Origin: Stegostoma tigrinum
Taxonomy: Eukaryota
Reading direction: 5' to 3'
Assembly: GCF_030684315.1 (NCBI RefSeq)
Contig: NC_081361.1
Location: 51,753,553 to 51,817,552 of the forward strand
Length of the DNA stretch: 64,000 nt
Shown here: one piece after another, positions 10,901-23,890 of the stretch
How the letters are laid out: each line of letters opens with the position of its first letter
How positions within the stretch are numbered: position 1 is the first letter of the stretch
Notes under the pieces: generated by a model
Databases searched by the model: none
Told to the model about the DNA's origin: nothing
What the model saw: only the letters and a program-made list of their open reading frames with translations
Program-made: the position numbers and the translations under genes

Positions 10901-12602
10901 CTATACTTGAAAGCACTGGAAATAGCAGTCTCAATTAAACTTACAGCCAAAGAAGTTTAATGCTAATCTCGAGGATGAGACCTCGCAAAATGGCAACCGA
11001 GAGGATTCACAGAATGTAGCTGAGAGATAAATACCAGAACTGTGACTGGTGAGGAAAACAGGTCACAGCAACAAATTACAGATATAAATGTATGCAGAAA
11101 CGGCAGCAATAAAAGGGCACATTAATCAGATGTGCTTGATGAAGGAACATGAACACATAGAAAAAGTACAGAAACTGAAGAGTGGAAAGAATCTACAAAA
11201 AGGCTACTTAGAAAAGCCGAGACTGTCAGTTTGAATGTTATTACGTGTACTGGCCATTGCCAACAACAAACTGACTCTGAGTCACTCCCTTATTGAATGG
11301 TAAACCTGTAGGAATTGAGGTGGATACTGGAACAGCAGTTTCATTGATACCTGAATGTGTGTCTCAGAAGTACATTGCATTGTAACCCTCAAAAATTGTA
11401 CTATGAATGTACACAGGTGTAGTGATGCCTTCAAGAGATTGTATCAATGTGAATGTTCAGGTAAACGATTAGTCTGAAGATACACATTGTCAAAGGAAAC
11501 CTTCCAGCTTTATCGGGAAGAATGTAGTTGAAGAAAGTCAAATTTACTGGGCTGAAATAAATCGCTTGTCAGACTCTGAGAATGATTAGAAATTCTAAAG
11601 AAAAGATGCTTTTAATCGGGATCTAGGAAGCAAAGATCTTGTCAAATTGGAAATCAAAGATCAGAATGTGGCGAGGCCAGATCACTGCCATATGTAATTA
11701 AAGCAAAGATCAAGGCAGAAATAGCAAGGCTGATTAAGATGGGAGTCCTTGAACATGTAAAATGAGAATAACTGGATCACAGCTATTGTATTAGAGACGA
11801 AGAAGGATAAATCAGTTCGCATCTGTGGTGATTTTAAACTCACTATTAATTTGGTGCTGTGTAATGAGCGGTATCCTTTGCCTTTCATTGATGACCTATT
11901 TGCTGGACTAGATGAGGTCAGCTTTTCAGTAAAATTGACCTTAGTCAAGCCTATCTCCAGACAAATGTAGACTGAGTAATAGAGCTACTTGACAATTGTA
12001 ATGGAAGCAGTTATTTTGCGCATGTTACCCAATGGTGAAGTGAAGCCAATAGCTTTTATATCAACACTATTAAACAAAGCAGAAATGAACTACCCAACCA
12101 TACAGAAAGAAACTACAGGAATCATTTTTGGCATTAGGTGTTCCATCAATACCTTTACAGCCAGGAATCTGCGCTATTAATAGACCACTGACCACAATAT
12201 TTGGACCTCATACAAGGATACCTTCTCTAGTAGCAAGCAGAGATTCTTGCCATCAGCTCACACTTACACAATTGTTTCTCATAGCAGTTGATGCACATAT
12301 AAAATGGTCTGGGTAGTCATTATGAAGACAACATGGGGGGAGATCCTTGTGAAGTTCAGTCATCCAGAACAACTTGTTAGAAATAATGATCCATAGTTTA
12401 TATGACAACAGTTTACAGTCTATTGAATGAAGAGCAGAAATCAACCTATCAATCAGCTCCTTATCACATAGCTACAAATGGTTTGATACAAAGGTTTGTT
12501 CAGAAAACAAAACATTCCTGAAAGGTAATTTAAGAACGAGGATCACAAAAGACTGAGCTAATTTTTGCTAACATTCTGGAACACAATCCACTTGACTCAA
12601 TG

Positions 12603-12766
12603 ATAACAAGGTGTAGAGTTGGATGAACACAGCAGGCCAAGCAGCATCAGAGAAGCAGGAAGGCTGATGTTTCGGGCCTAGACCGTTCTTCAGAAAAATG
12701 CTCATCCAGCTTCACACTGTGTTATCTCAGATTCTCCAGCATCTGCAGTTCCTACTACCTCTGAAA
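12603..12766. mobile_element. Inverted (two-arm) Penelope-terminus insertion
   Basis: 15-bp TSD CCACTTGACTCAATG at 12588-12602 and 12767-12781; left arm on -, right arm on +. Confidence 0.8.
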
Positions 12767-13383
12767 CCACTTGACTCAATGTTCTCCTGCCTTGCTCACG
12801 GTTAAGCGTCAGTTGTACGCAGTATTTGATTTGCTGTAACTGCCTGAGACAAAAGACGTTGTTGACACACAACAACAGAATCAAATTTGTCAACATGAGA
12901 GCAAGGCAACCGCTATGTTTTCGAAAAGGTCAGTGAGTGGCATGGAAATGTACCGCTGGTGACAAGTGGGTACCAGCCATGATTGTGGCATAGACTGGCC
13001 TGGACTCATAAATCATACAGGTGGGAGATGTAGTTCTATTGAGAAGACATGCAGATCAACTCTTGGCAACCTGAACAAACACCAGAAACATTAATTGAAG
13101 ATCCAGAAATAACTGTACCACAGAGACCTGGGTATACCTGAGGACAGAAGAGTAACTGGGGTACCTGACAAAGACAGTACCTTAGAGGAGAACACCACTA
13201 CGATGTCTGAACATTGAGACACTTCAGGAATTGACAATAACTGATGATGTTCCCAGTACACCCAAGACACAGAGATTAGAAGCGACGAGCAAAGTAGATG
13301 CTTCAGACGCACTTACAGCCACAAAGATTCAGCATCCTCCAGAACATTTAGCCTACTAACCATGTTATAAATGATTGTAGGCA

Positions 13384-14705
13384 GAGTCATAGAGTTACAT
13401 AGCATGGAAACAAACGCTTCATGCCAACTTTGTGCGAACCAGACATCCTAAACTGATCTAGTCCCATTTGCCAGCATTTGGCCCATACCCCTCTAAACAC
13501 TTCCTCCGCCCTCCAGACCAACCTCAGGGAATCTCTCTCCCACTGCAATCCATCTTTGGTCCGCCTCCCTCTCTCCCCATCCCCCTCTCTGAAGGAGGGT
13601 CTAGGCCCGAAACGTCAGCTTTTGTGCTCCTGAGATGCTGCTTGGCCTGCTGTGTTCATCCAGCTTCACACCTTGTTATCTCGGATTCTCCAGCATCTGC
13701 AGTTCCCATTATCTCTGATCACAGTTTTAACCTCACTGCAAAGCCTCTTCCAGGGATGCCTAACCTGAAGAAGTTACCCTCCTCCCTCTGGACCAACCTC
13801 AGGGAATTTCTCTCCCACTGCAACTCTCTATCCATCTTCGGTCCACATCCCCCTCTGCCTATTTCAGAACCCTCTCCCCATCCCCCTGTCTGATGAAGGG
13901 TCTAGGCCTGAAATGTCAGCTTTTGTGCTCCTGAGATGCTGCTTGGCCTGCTGTGTTCATTCAGCTTCACACTTTGTTACTTCCTATTCATGTACCTATC
14001 TGGATGTCTCTTAAATGTTGCAACTGTACCCACTTCCACCACCTCCTCTGGCAGTTTATTCTATACATGCACAACCCTCTGCATGAGAAGGTTGTCCTGC
14101 CCTCCCCCCCACTGACCCCTTTTAAATCTTTCTGGCCACACCTTATACCCATGCCCTCTAGTTTTAGACTCCCCTCCCCTGGGAAAAAGACCTTGGTATT
14201 TCAGCCTATCGATGCCCCTCATGATTTTAAAAACCAATATAAGGTCACCCTTCAGCCTTTGGCATTCCAGGGAAAAATGCCCTGGCCTATTCAGCCTCTC
14301 CCCATAACTCAAACCCTATAGTCCTGGCAACATCCTTGCAAATCTTTTCTGAAGCAAGATCTTTCCTATAGCACGAAGATGGGAATTGAATGCAGTATTC
14401 TAAAAATGGCCTCACTGATGTCCTGTAGAGGAGAAACATGATCTCCCAACTCCAATACTCAATGCACTGACTCTAAAAGGCATATGTGCCAAACACATAC
14501 TTCACAACCCTGTCTACCTAAAACTCCACCTTCACGGAACTATGCACATGCATCCTTAGGACCCTTTGTTTGGCATCGCTCCCCAGGGCCCTATTAGCTG
14601 TACAACTCCTGCCCTGATTTGCCTTGCCAAAAATGCAACACCTCACATTTACTGAAATTAAACATCATCTGCTACTCCTCAGCCCTCTGGCCAATCTGTT
14701 CAAGG
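13384..14705 (-). mobile_element. CR1 LINE 3' fragment inserted in the Gypsy remnant
   Basis: ORF 14061-14312 [35 protein letters not shown]...SKTRGH. Confidence 0.85.
13506..13978 (+). mobile_element. Tandem Penelope-terminus units (~300 nt period, two hammerhead motifs) inserted in CR1
   Basis: Motifs start at 13589 and 13890; ACTTCCT duplicated at 13499-13505 and 13979-13985. Confidence 0.75.
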
Positions 14706-14743
14706 TTGCACGTGAGCGTTTTTATTGCAGGAACTTCTGATGT

Positions 14744-15090
14744 AAAGGGAGGAGGGATGCTCTGGGATACAGTCTGTCGGCCAACATATGCAGGCTGCTG
14801 CCGTACTGAGATAGTGCAGTCTGAAGCTGGGCCTACTAGGACTCGAGCTGAGGAATATCTTGCGTATCCATCTGCAGTCTCCCCTGTAAATTTCAGCAAA
14901 TGCCCACTTCTATACTGTGACAATTGGAGAAGAACTGTATAGGAGTATTAAATCAAAGGTGCTAAGAAGAAACAAATTGCCGGGGATATGCAAGGATGAT
15001 TAGTTAACTATTGTGCAGCGTACTGGATTTTTTTTGTTGTATAAAGTTGGTTTGTAAAACTTGTTTTGTGGTGAGATTTATTTCAATATT
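14744..15090 (+). mobile_element. Putative polypurine tract and 3' LTR of the Gypsy element
   Basis: AAAGGGAGGAGGGA (14744-14757) directly followed by TG; no matching 5' LTR seen; right end uncertain. Confidence 0.4.
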
Positions 15091-15094
15091 GTCG

Positions 15095-15340
15095 CTGATG
15101 CATTCTCCTCTATTTGCATTAAACGCATTCGTCATTTCACTGTATAAAACAGATTGTGAACTGGTCATCATGAAGCTGCCTGCTCCATCCTTGAAGATCA
15201 TGACCAAGGTCCCTACCTTCATAGGTATTGCCATTATGCTCTGAGGCCACAGTTCTGGCTGCAACAAATGGCAGATTTCAGTGAGAACGTTGTGCCTGAA
15301 ATGGAGGCACCTCTCACACTGCTCCTCACTGCATGTAAGG
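15095..15340 (-). mobile_element. Harbinger (HARBI1-like) transposase N-terminal remnant
   Basis: ORF 15004-15399 SEEQCERCLHFRHNVLTEICHLLQPEL...GSF...EMTNAF resembles Harbinger transposase; convergent with the Myb-like remnant at 10.1 kb. Confidence 0.6.
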
Positions 15341-16829
15341 TAGGAGAATTGGAGAAAGTGGTTGAATTGAACATTTGAAGTGAAAGCTAAGGCTTTCACC
15401 AGTGCCTGCAGATTTCACCAAATTTCAAAGGCATAACAAATCACCAGATGTTTCTAATAACTCAGCAAGTAACTGAAATTAATCAGCAACTAATCTGTGA
15501 TTGGTTGATGATCCCTTTAAATAGCATTTGTTGCTGTTGAATATATGTTCAGCTGTGCAAGGTCAAAAGAGGCATTAGTTGGACATTGAAGCTAAAATGG
15601 CACCATGGGAGTCAACTTAGTATTTCTGGCTTTACAATCCGTCTATTCAACACATACCTGGAGCACACTTCTGCACAAGGACCACTGAGCTCACCAAAAG
15701 AGTGTTCATTGTGGCCCATATCAAAAGTGTTTGCACACAGCACAGGTGCCTTTTTTTGGTGCCCATAACACTGGAAATATACGTGGTACAGAGTGGAATT
15801 TGGCAGTTCATGTCATCAGGAAGGGACATTGATGAGGAAAAGCTAAATAACTATGTTTTGATGGTATTATAGAGCATTCACATAGTGAGACATTTGGAAT
15901 GGATTCAAAAAATCTAGGTTTGTCTTAGACTCATTGAACTCAGGAAGTGTATGAGCCGACTGCAAACATCAGATCCAAATTAGTTTGTTGGGACAAAGTC
16001 TAACAGAATAAATTAATTTATTGGCAGGAACCTGAACATTAAATATGTCATAGCTTGTCCTTTTACCTGGATTCCAATCTGGTGTTGCAGTTCAGAGGAA
16101 TGTATTCTCTGTGAGTCATGTCTCAGGCTGAAATTGATTTAGTAGTTATCAGTAATTGGTATCAGAAAGGGATAGGCAGGAAGAAAGTAAGACAAGGACA
16201 ATCCTACATTCCATTCAGCCTTGGTGATTGTGCTTGAATAGTAGGTGTGCACTGCAAATGCTTACATAACCATACAAGGTTAGCCCTCATTGCGAACGCA
16301 ATTAATATTCCGCACATACATTAGATACTGATTGTAACTATGCAAACCCTGGAAGAAATACTTCTGAATTATGTTGAAAGCAGATTAGTTTTAATTGATG
16401 CAACTGTATAAACACCATCACAGTGCTATGGTCTGGAATCACATATAGGCCAGACAAGTTAAGGACGGTACATTTTCATCCCTGAAGGACATTAGTGAAT
16501 CAGACAGGTTTTTACAATAATCAAGAATATTTTCATGGTTACCAGCTTTCAAACACAGTTATTCATAAATTTATATTTGATCAATTATCATCGTAGGATT
16601 TGAACCTGAAAAACAAACAAAAAACAAAAGTTGCTGGAGAAACTTAACTGGTCTGGCAGCATCTGTGCAGAGAAAACTGAGTTAACATTGAGCCCTTCTT
16701 CAGAACTGATGGTAGCTTGGTAAAGTTGGTATTTATGTTGATTATGGGGTGGGACAGATGAGTACTGGAGAAAAGGAGTGAAGAGATAGTTGGAACCCAG
16801 AGAGAGAGCGCGAGGTCAGCAGACAAACT

Positions 16830-16921
16830 CTCTGATGAAGGGTCTAGACCCGAAACGTCAGCTTTTGTGCTCCTGAGATGCTGCTTGGCCTGCTGCGTTC
16901 ATCCAGCTTCACACTTTATTA
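16830..16921 (+). mobile_element. Solo ~92-bp hammerhead-bearing mini-element
   Basis: 14-bp TSD TCAGCAGACAAACT at 16816-16829 and 16922-16935. Confidence 0.85.
16832..16859 (+). ncRNA. Minimal hammerhead-ribozyme motif
   Basis: CTGATGA A GGGTCTAGACCC GAAAC GTC; stem II is a perfect palindrome in this copy. Confidence 0.65.
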
Positions 16922-18499
16922 TCAGCAGACAAACTGTTGGCCGGAGCAAGTATTACAACAGAATCTAAATAGATGCTGATGGGAAGATGTATAGTTAAAA
17001 GTTAGTTGACTATGCTGAAAGCAACCTACAGGTCTTGGGGTGTGGAGTGGTGATAGACATGGAATGAGATGTTCATGCTATATAATTGTTGAACTCGAAT
17101 GTTGAGTCTTGAAGGAACTGAGGACCCCAAGTAAATGAGATGGTGTTTCCCTGGCTTGCATTGAGCCTTGCTGTAGCACTGCAGTAGGCCTGAGGCAAAA
17201 ATATTAGCTTGGGAATATGGCAGTGCATTCAAGTGGCAGGCAACTGAGAGCTCGGAGTCATTTTTGTGGACAGAGACCAGGTAGTCCACAAAGCAGTTAC
17301 CAGACTGTGTTTCATCTCCCCCAGTGTAGAGGAGACCACACTGTGAGCAGCAAACACAGAGATTAGATTGAGTGAGAGTGGAGGCAAATTATTGCCTCAC
17401 TTGGAAGGTGAGTCTGGGACTTTGATGGTGAGGAAGGAAGAAACAAATGGGAAAGTGTTGCACTTTTTGTGATTGCATGAGAAGATGCTGTGGGGTGTTT
17501 GGAATGGAGGAGGAATGGACCATCATGTCCCAAAGAAATGGTCCCTGCAGAAGGCTGACAAAGAAGCAGTACCGAGCATGTCATTGATGTACTAGAGAAA
17601 GAGCTGTGGGGAGGGACCCGATAGGATTGAAACAAGGAATGTTTAACATATCCCACAAAGAGAAAGGCATAACTGAGGGTCATGTCAGTACCCATTACCA
17701 CACCTTTAATCTGAAGAAAGTGGGAGGAGTTAAAGGAGATGATGTTCGAGTGAGGATGAACCAGGAAAATTGGGTAGAGGAGGATGAGAATGTCCCTGGA
17801 GCACAGCCTGGCCTTTGAGTCTAGTGATAAAAATGTCTGTTTGTTTTAATTCCTGTCATCTTAACATATTTAAAGAGAGAGAAAGAAATGCATTTATTAA
17901 AATCATTTGCGTTCTTACTATGCCTGAAGATGATCACAATTCAGTTTCTGGGCAGTTGGCTTCTTTCCAATTTTCTCTGCTCTCTCTGAAGGAACTGATT
18001 CTTATGCAACTGTCTTTGAAGTATTTTCTCATGGGAAGTGAAAATTTATTGCCCTTTCCTAATTGCCCTCAAGAAAATAGTGAGTCACCTTCTTACTCCT
18101 TTGCAGTCCACATTAGGTTAGTACACCCACACTGTTATTACGAAGGGAGTTCCAGAGTTTTGCTGCACAGATGATTGCTGCATTCTAGTACCTCAACTAG
18201 GCAGTCAGTCATTCTTTAAGCATGATTTGAAACAATGAGCAACAGAAGGCAGTCAGAGCTGGAACCCTCTCGCATTTATGTTGAAATTTATCTCAGTTTT
18301 GAAACTTGTGTGCATTATATTAATTAGGTAAATTAATTTGAGTTAATAACTTATGGTAAAATATTGCTTGTGGAATCCATTGTGTTCAATATACTGCACC
18401 ATCAATTCCTCTCAGCTACAACTTAGTCAATTCAGACTGATCAGAGCTTTACCAATTGAAAAGTAGAGATGAATATGACTGAAGGAGGGGATAGTTTCC

Positions 18500-20400
18500 A
18501 AACATTCAGCACAACAGTACAGATGAACGTATGACTGAGGAGTAAAATGGGCCATGTGTCTCTTCAAGCTTGCTCCCCTATTCAGAAAGATCTTGGCTGA
18601 TCTTTGTGGTTTGAATTCCACATTCTTAACTATTCCCAACAACTTCATTCCTTTGCCTAAGAATAATCTACTACCCCCATTAAAATTATTCAATGACTTC
18701 TTTCCTTCCACAGCCTTCTGAGGCAGAGAGTTCCAAAGCCGCATAGTTCTTAAAGGAAAACATTACACTCATGTCCACTTTGTCAAAAATGTTATTGCTC
18801 TTGCCAGCTTTCTCTCCTAAATGCAACAGAAGACACACATAGCCTGTTCAAATCTTGCTTCATAAGAAAGCCTGCATATTTCAGGTTTTCATTCAAATCT
18901 AATAAACCTTCTCTGAGCCACCTGCAATGTAATTACGTTATTCTTAAACTAAAAGGCCAAAACTAAACAATATTTGGAATGTGGTCATGTACTGTACAAC
19001 TGTATCAGAAAATTCTTGCTTTTATGCTCAGTTCCTCTCAAGGGGTAGCATTCCATTAGCTTTCTTAGTCATGTGCTGTACATGCATACTGACTCCTAGT
19101 GACTCATGCACTAGAATACCTAGATCCCTCTGCATTTTGGAATTCAGAAGATATTCACCATTTAAATAATACCCTGCTTTTTTATTCTTCCTGCCACATT
19201 AATACCATCTTCTAGATTTATGCCCACTCACTCAACCTATTTCTATTGGTCTGCATGTTTGGTATACTATCTTCATAATTTCCTTTCTGTGTCACCTACA
19301 TCCTTAGCCCACCATATTTTTGCTGTCCTCTAAGTCACTGATATAACTCGTAAAATATTGGGTCCCCACCACAGACCCTATGGAACTCTACTCACCACAT
19401 CTGCCAATCTGAAAAGTACCCATTTAATGATACTTCATTTTCTGCTAGCCAATCTTCTATGCGTGTCAGTGTATTATTGTCAATACCACAAACATATTTT
19501 ACACAATAACCCTTATATACCTTGGGAAATGCCATCTGGAAATCCAAGTATAGCAAATGAATATGTTCCCCTTTATTCACAACACATTAGAATTTTACTC
19601 CTTTTAAAGGAGTAATAAATCCAATAAATTGGTTAAACACAGCTCACTTTTTACAAAACAATGCTGATTCTTCTTGATAACCTTGAGTTTTCATGTGCCC
19701 AGTTATAACCTCCTTAATCATAAATCTCAACATTTCCCATGATTGACATCAAGATAATTGGTCTATAGTGTCCTGTCCCCCTTCCTTATTAGAGTTATAT
19801 CTGCTACTTTCCATCCTGTGAAATACTTCCAGAATCTAATGAATTTTGGAAAATTAACACTAATACATCCACTACCTCATTAGCAATGCCTTTTAAGATC
19901 CAAGGATGAAGACCATCAGGTTTATCAACATGCAGCTCCATCAGTTTGCTCATTTCCCAACTCATCACGTTCCTCTCTCCCTTTAACCGGTTTAGTGATT
20001 ACTTGGATATTTTCTTTCATCCTCTATAGTGAAAACAGAATTAAAAACTTTATTCATTACATAGGCCATTTCTTTATCACATACTATTACTTCCCCATGA
20101 TCAAACTCTAGAGAACTAATACTCTTCCCCTTTCTCGATACCTATGGAAATTCTCGCTGTTTCTTGATTTCTGGCTAGTTTCCTTTCCATGTTTGAATTT
20201 ATTAGTGTTGACTAGACATTGCCTGCCAATCTTTGTATTCTAATTAATCATCTGCCCTACTATGCATTTTTTGGGAATTATTTGTCTCTTCCTTAAGTTT
20301 GTTACTGTTCTTAACTTTTACTTGACCACAGATGGTGGTTTCTCCTCCTGGAATTTCTCTTTCAAGTAGGAATGTCCTTATTCTGGAATATCATTTGTCG
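18500..20400 (-). mobile_element. Degraded CR1-type LINE
   Basis: ORFs RLWNSLPQKAVEG and HLLYLDFQMAFPKV...TRIEDWLA; boundaries approximate. Confidence 0.65.
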
Positions 20401-21608
20401 CTGCTCTCAACCTTTTCTTATTCACTTATGGGACATAAGCCAGCATTCACTGCCTACCCCTAACTGACCTTGAGACAGTGGTGATGAGCTGCCCTCTTGA
20501 ATCACTGCAATCCATGTGCTGTAAGTAGACCCAAAATGCCATTAGGGTACCCCAGTTCTTTGACACAGCGGTATCGTTCCAAGTCTGTACAGAGGTGGCT
20601 TGGAGAGAAATTTGTAGATGGTGGAATTCCAATGTACTTGCTGACCTTTTCCTTCTAAGTTGGAATTGGTTTTGGGTTTAGAAGATGCTGTCTAGGAAAC
20701 AATGTGGAAACCCTGGAAAGGAGTTTGATTTATTTCATCCAAATTTTCCTCAGGTTTTCCAACATAGTTATGGAAGGATATCAGGTGAATCCCTCTATGT
20801 ATTCCCCCTTAGGGTCACTGGTTTTTAAATGGAGTGCCTTAATTTTCAACACTTCATCAGCAAAAACAATTTGTGCAAAGCAGCTTCAGACCAATTTAGT
20901 TCATCATTTTGAACACTTCCCTTTTAAGAACCAGAACAAACCTTTATTTTTCTCATCATTTAGTTTTATGAAGTCAGGCAAAATGTTGTTAAGTACTTTG
21001 TATTTGCTTTCACCGAGACGGGAGTGTGCTTCCCATAGACTAGTTTGAATTGTAGGCTACAACCTTTTCTCAAGAAGGTTCAGTATTGAATGCTTGGGTG
21101 TGGTTGCAGGACGTAATTAAGAATCATTGTACAGCAAAATTACATTCTATATATAGAAGTGATGTGATATTTTAATCACATTGAGTAATATGCACTATCA
21201 GTGTCCATTTAGAAAGCTTTAATTAAGGATTTGAGTCAAATTATAAGCACTGTTGGTTACACACCCTCTGATTCAAGACAGACATGTGCAATCCAAAATA
21301 ATTAACTGTTTTGATCTTATTGAGGTCCTTACATCAGATCATATTATGTGATTTGGATTATGGGAAACAAGGTGCATATAAGAATTCAGAACAGTCCCTT
21401 TGTGCGAAATTGGGATGGGAAAATACATTTTTTAAATTCACGGTCCTGTTCTTTTCTGAAGAAACTTGCTAGATTTGTGCAAGTAGTCAGTCTTTTGTAA
21501 GCTGAAATAGTTAGGTCCTGACATGAACCTGACGCATGTGAGCCAAGAATTTATTGGGAGTGGGTGCCAGAATGGGGGCAACCTGGAGGTCAACTGAAAC
21601 GGTTAGAA

Positions 21609-21816
21609 CAAATACAGAAGTTACTGGAAAAGCTCAGCAGATCTGGCAGCATCTGTGGAGGAGAAAACAGTTAACGTTTCGGGTCAGGGTCATCAGGCCC
21701 GAAATGTTAGCTCTGTTTTCTCCTCGACAGATGCTGCCAGACCTGCTGAGCTTTTCCAGTAACTTCTGTTTTTGTTCCTGATGTACAGGATCCGCAGTTC
21801 TTTTGGTTTTGCATTT
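21609..21816. mobile_element. Palindromic (inverted two-arm) terminus insertion of the second Penelope family
   Basis: CAGAAGTTACTGGAAAAGCTCAGCAG... mirrored by ...CTGCTGAGCTTTTCCAGTAACTTCTG; TSD TGAAA(C/G)GGTTAGAA at 21595-21608 and 21817-21830. Confidence 0.75.
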
Positions 21817-23519
21817 TGAAAGGGTTAGAATCTGTGATCTCAACTGAATTGTAGCAATTAAAGTTGACTTTCAGACTTCATATTTTAAAGTGGGATAGTA
21901 GGCATGATACATGCCCAAATGAGGTAATTTCAATTCTATTAAAAGGAACAACCCACAAATAAAGAAGTTGCTGGAAAAGCTCAGCAGGTCCGGCAGCATC
22001 TGTGAAGAAAAATCAGGACAATGTTAACTGAGTTATTTTGTAAAGCAACTTTGTTTTTGTTCCTGATTTACAGTTTTCAGTTTTTATACGCACAATTAGA
22101 AACTGGAGATGCTCAGAATGGATGGGGGACACAACAAAAGCAGTAGCCAGATTAAATGTTGCCTTGCTGGGATTACTGCAGGGTGCAGACAGAAGGAAAA
22201 AACACTTTGTCTAGTAACAGGAGAAGGAAACTGGTGGCTCCCTCAAGGCTTGCGCGGTTAGAACTAGCTCCGGAGGTGGTTAGCTGGAATGTTTTATCCA
22301 GATCAAAGCAATATTATAGGGAGTGGTTGAAAAGCTTAACCAGGTCACGATAAAGCGAGCATCTCTGGTAGTTCACCTAAAATGTACGGTTTAAGCCCTC
22401 CATTTCACTATTGTTTACTAAGCATTCTTCACATCAATCCTATTAACTAGGAAAAATTCACTTCCTATACATTCCACCACTTCCAAATTTATCCATCCAC
22501 TATCGACGATCACCCAAACTTTTACAGAATGCTACCTACTGGTTTGTAGTCACCACCACCAAATGGACTGCATTTACTGGCTGAACATTTCAACTTACTC
22601 CAAACTAATTCACAGATATGTTTAAACCCTTGTAAGAGAGGGCAAAACACGAGATAGTAGATGGACTGCCACAAATTGTTCAGCCTACAGATGCAGGGCA
22701 GGAACCCCAGGTTACCAGTAAAGAAAATCACATCTGAGACATTCAAGCTCTGACTTCACTGCAAAAAAATGAACAATGAGAAACTACCGTGACTAAATCA
22801 TACCTTTTCCATTTGTTTTGCAGAGTCTTCATGCATAAAGCAAATGCCACAGCTCATCCATGACCACACTTCCTCAGAGGACATTTAGACCGTTGCACAA
22901 CTTAGCATGAATTGGTAAATATTCAACATTTTAATTTGATCCAGTTGAACAGTTAGTTATTCAGGGTTTTCACTTGGTGTTTCACTCAATTCTATGCAGA
23001 ATATAAATGCTGGTCAACAGAAGTATGCTTCACCTTCATCCTTCTCATTCTCTAAATTCTCATGCATCAATGAGTGATGAAACTTTCTCCCCGCTACTTC
23101 GTGTGCAATCATCTCCGCTGCTAATACTGTACAGAATGCAACACACTTATTGTGGAAACCCTAGACATGCACCTTCAGCACTATTTAGGCTTCTGAAGCA
23201 CATATTCAACATTCCAATGGCTTGCCGGAAGACATGCATGGTGTGATAAGGGTCTTAAATTCACAGCTTCAATCTTATTGATAGAATTCCTCAGGCCACG
23301 GTTGAAGTTGATATCCTTTGTCTCCAATCAGCAGTTCCTGGAACAAAAAGGTCCAGGACATTAGGACCACTACAACATAAAAGCATCATTGCAGTTCCCA
23401 AGAAACTGTGGAAAATGATGGCATAATCAACCTTGTTGGATATGATAGTTTGAGAAGGGGCAAAAGCAGATCTTATCTGGAGAGGTTTGTAACTCTGAAG
23501 TTATTTCAATGATGTAAGA

Positions 23520-23890
23520 GAGAAGACTGAAAAACCTCCCAATACACCTTACAACACATGAAGTACTTTTGAAATGTAGTCGCTGTTGTAATATAAGAAA
23601 TACGGTAGGGAATGTGTACACCAAAAGCTCTCACAAACAGCAGTATGATGGCGACAAGAGAATCTATATCAGCAATTCTGAATGAAGGGTAAATATTAGT
23701 CAGGGCACTGAGAATAACTCTCTTGCTATTTTTCAAAAATAATGCCGTGGGATCTTTAATGTCCAACTAGGATATGGATAAAATCTCAAACCGCACAGCA
23801 CTCCCTTAGTATTACACAGGAGTAGAGCATCAGACAACATATTTGCACGCAAGCCTCTAGAACGAGAGCTGAATCCAGCTGAGCAACAGC
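23520..23890 (-). mobile_element. Ancient SINE, Deu/AmnSINE-like
   Basis: Minus strand has CATTTCAAAAGTACTTCATGTG...TAAGGTGTATTGGGA, resembling the Deu-SINE 3' part; recognised from memory only. Confidence 0.45.

Larger units (their letters stand above)
10600..13375 (+). mobile_element. Degraded Gypsy/Ty3 LTR retrotransposon internal region (gag-PR-RT-RH-IN)
   Basis: In order: LKKLAETCRF..LNDAQRDRLVCG (gag), IEVDTGTAVSLI (protease), SVRICGDFKLTIN...YPLPFIDDLFAGL (RT), KPIAFISTLLNKAEMNYPTIQKE (RNase H), FLIAVDAHIKW and SAPYHIATNGL (integrase); many stops and deletions. Confidence 0.85.
16610..17765 (-). mobile_element. Old, degraded Penelope-like element (second family)
   Basis: ORFs VMGTDMTLSYAFLFVGYVKHSLFQSY (RT) and ELSVACHLNALPYSQANIFASGLLQC (GIY-YIG C-terminus). 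Confidence 0.75.
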
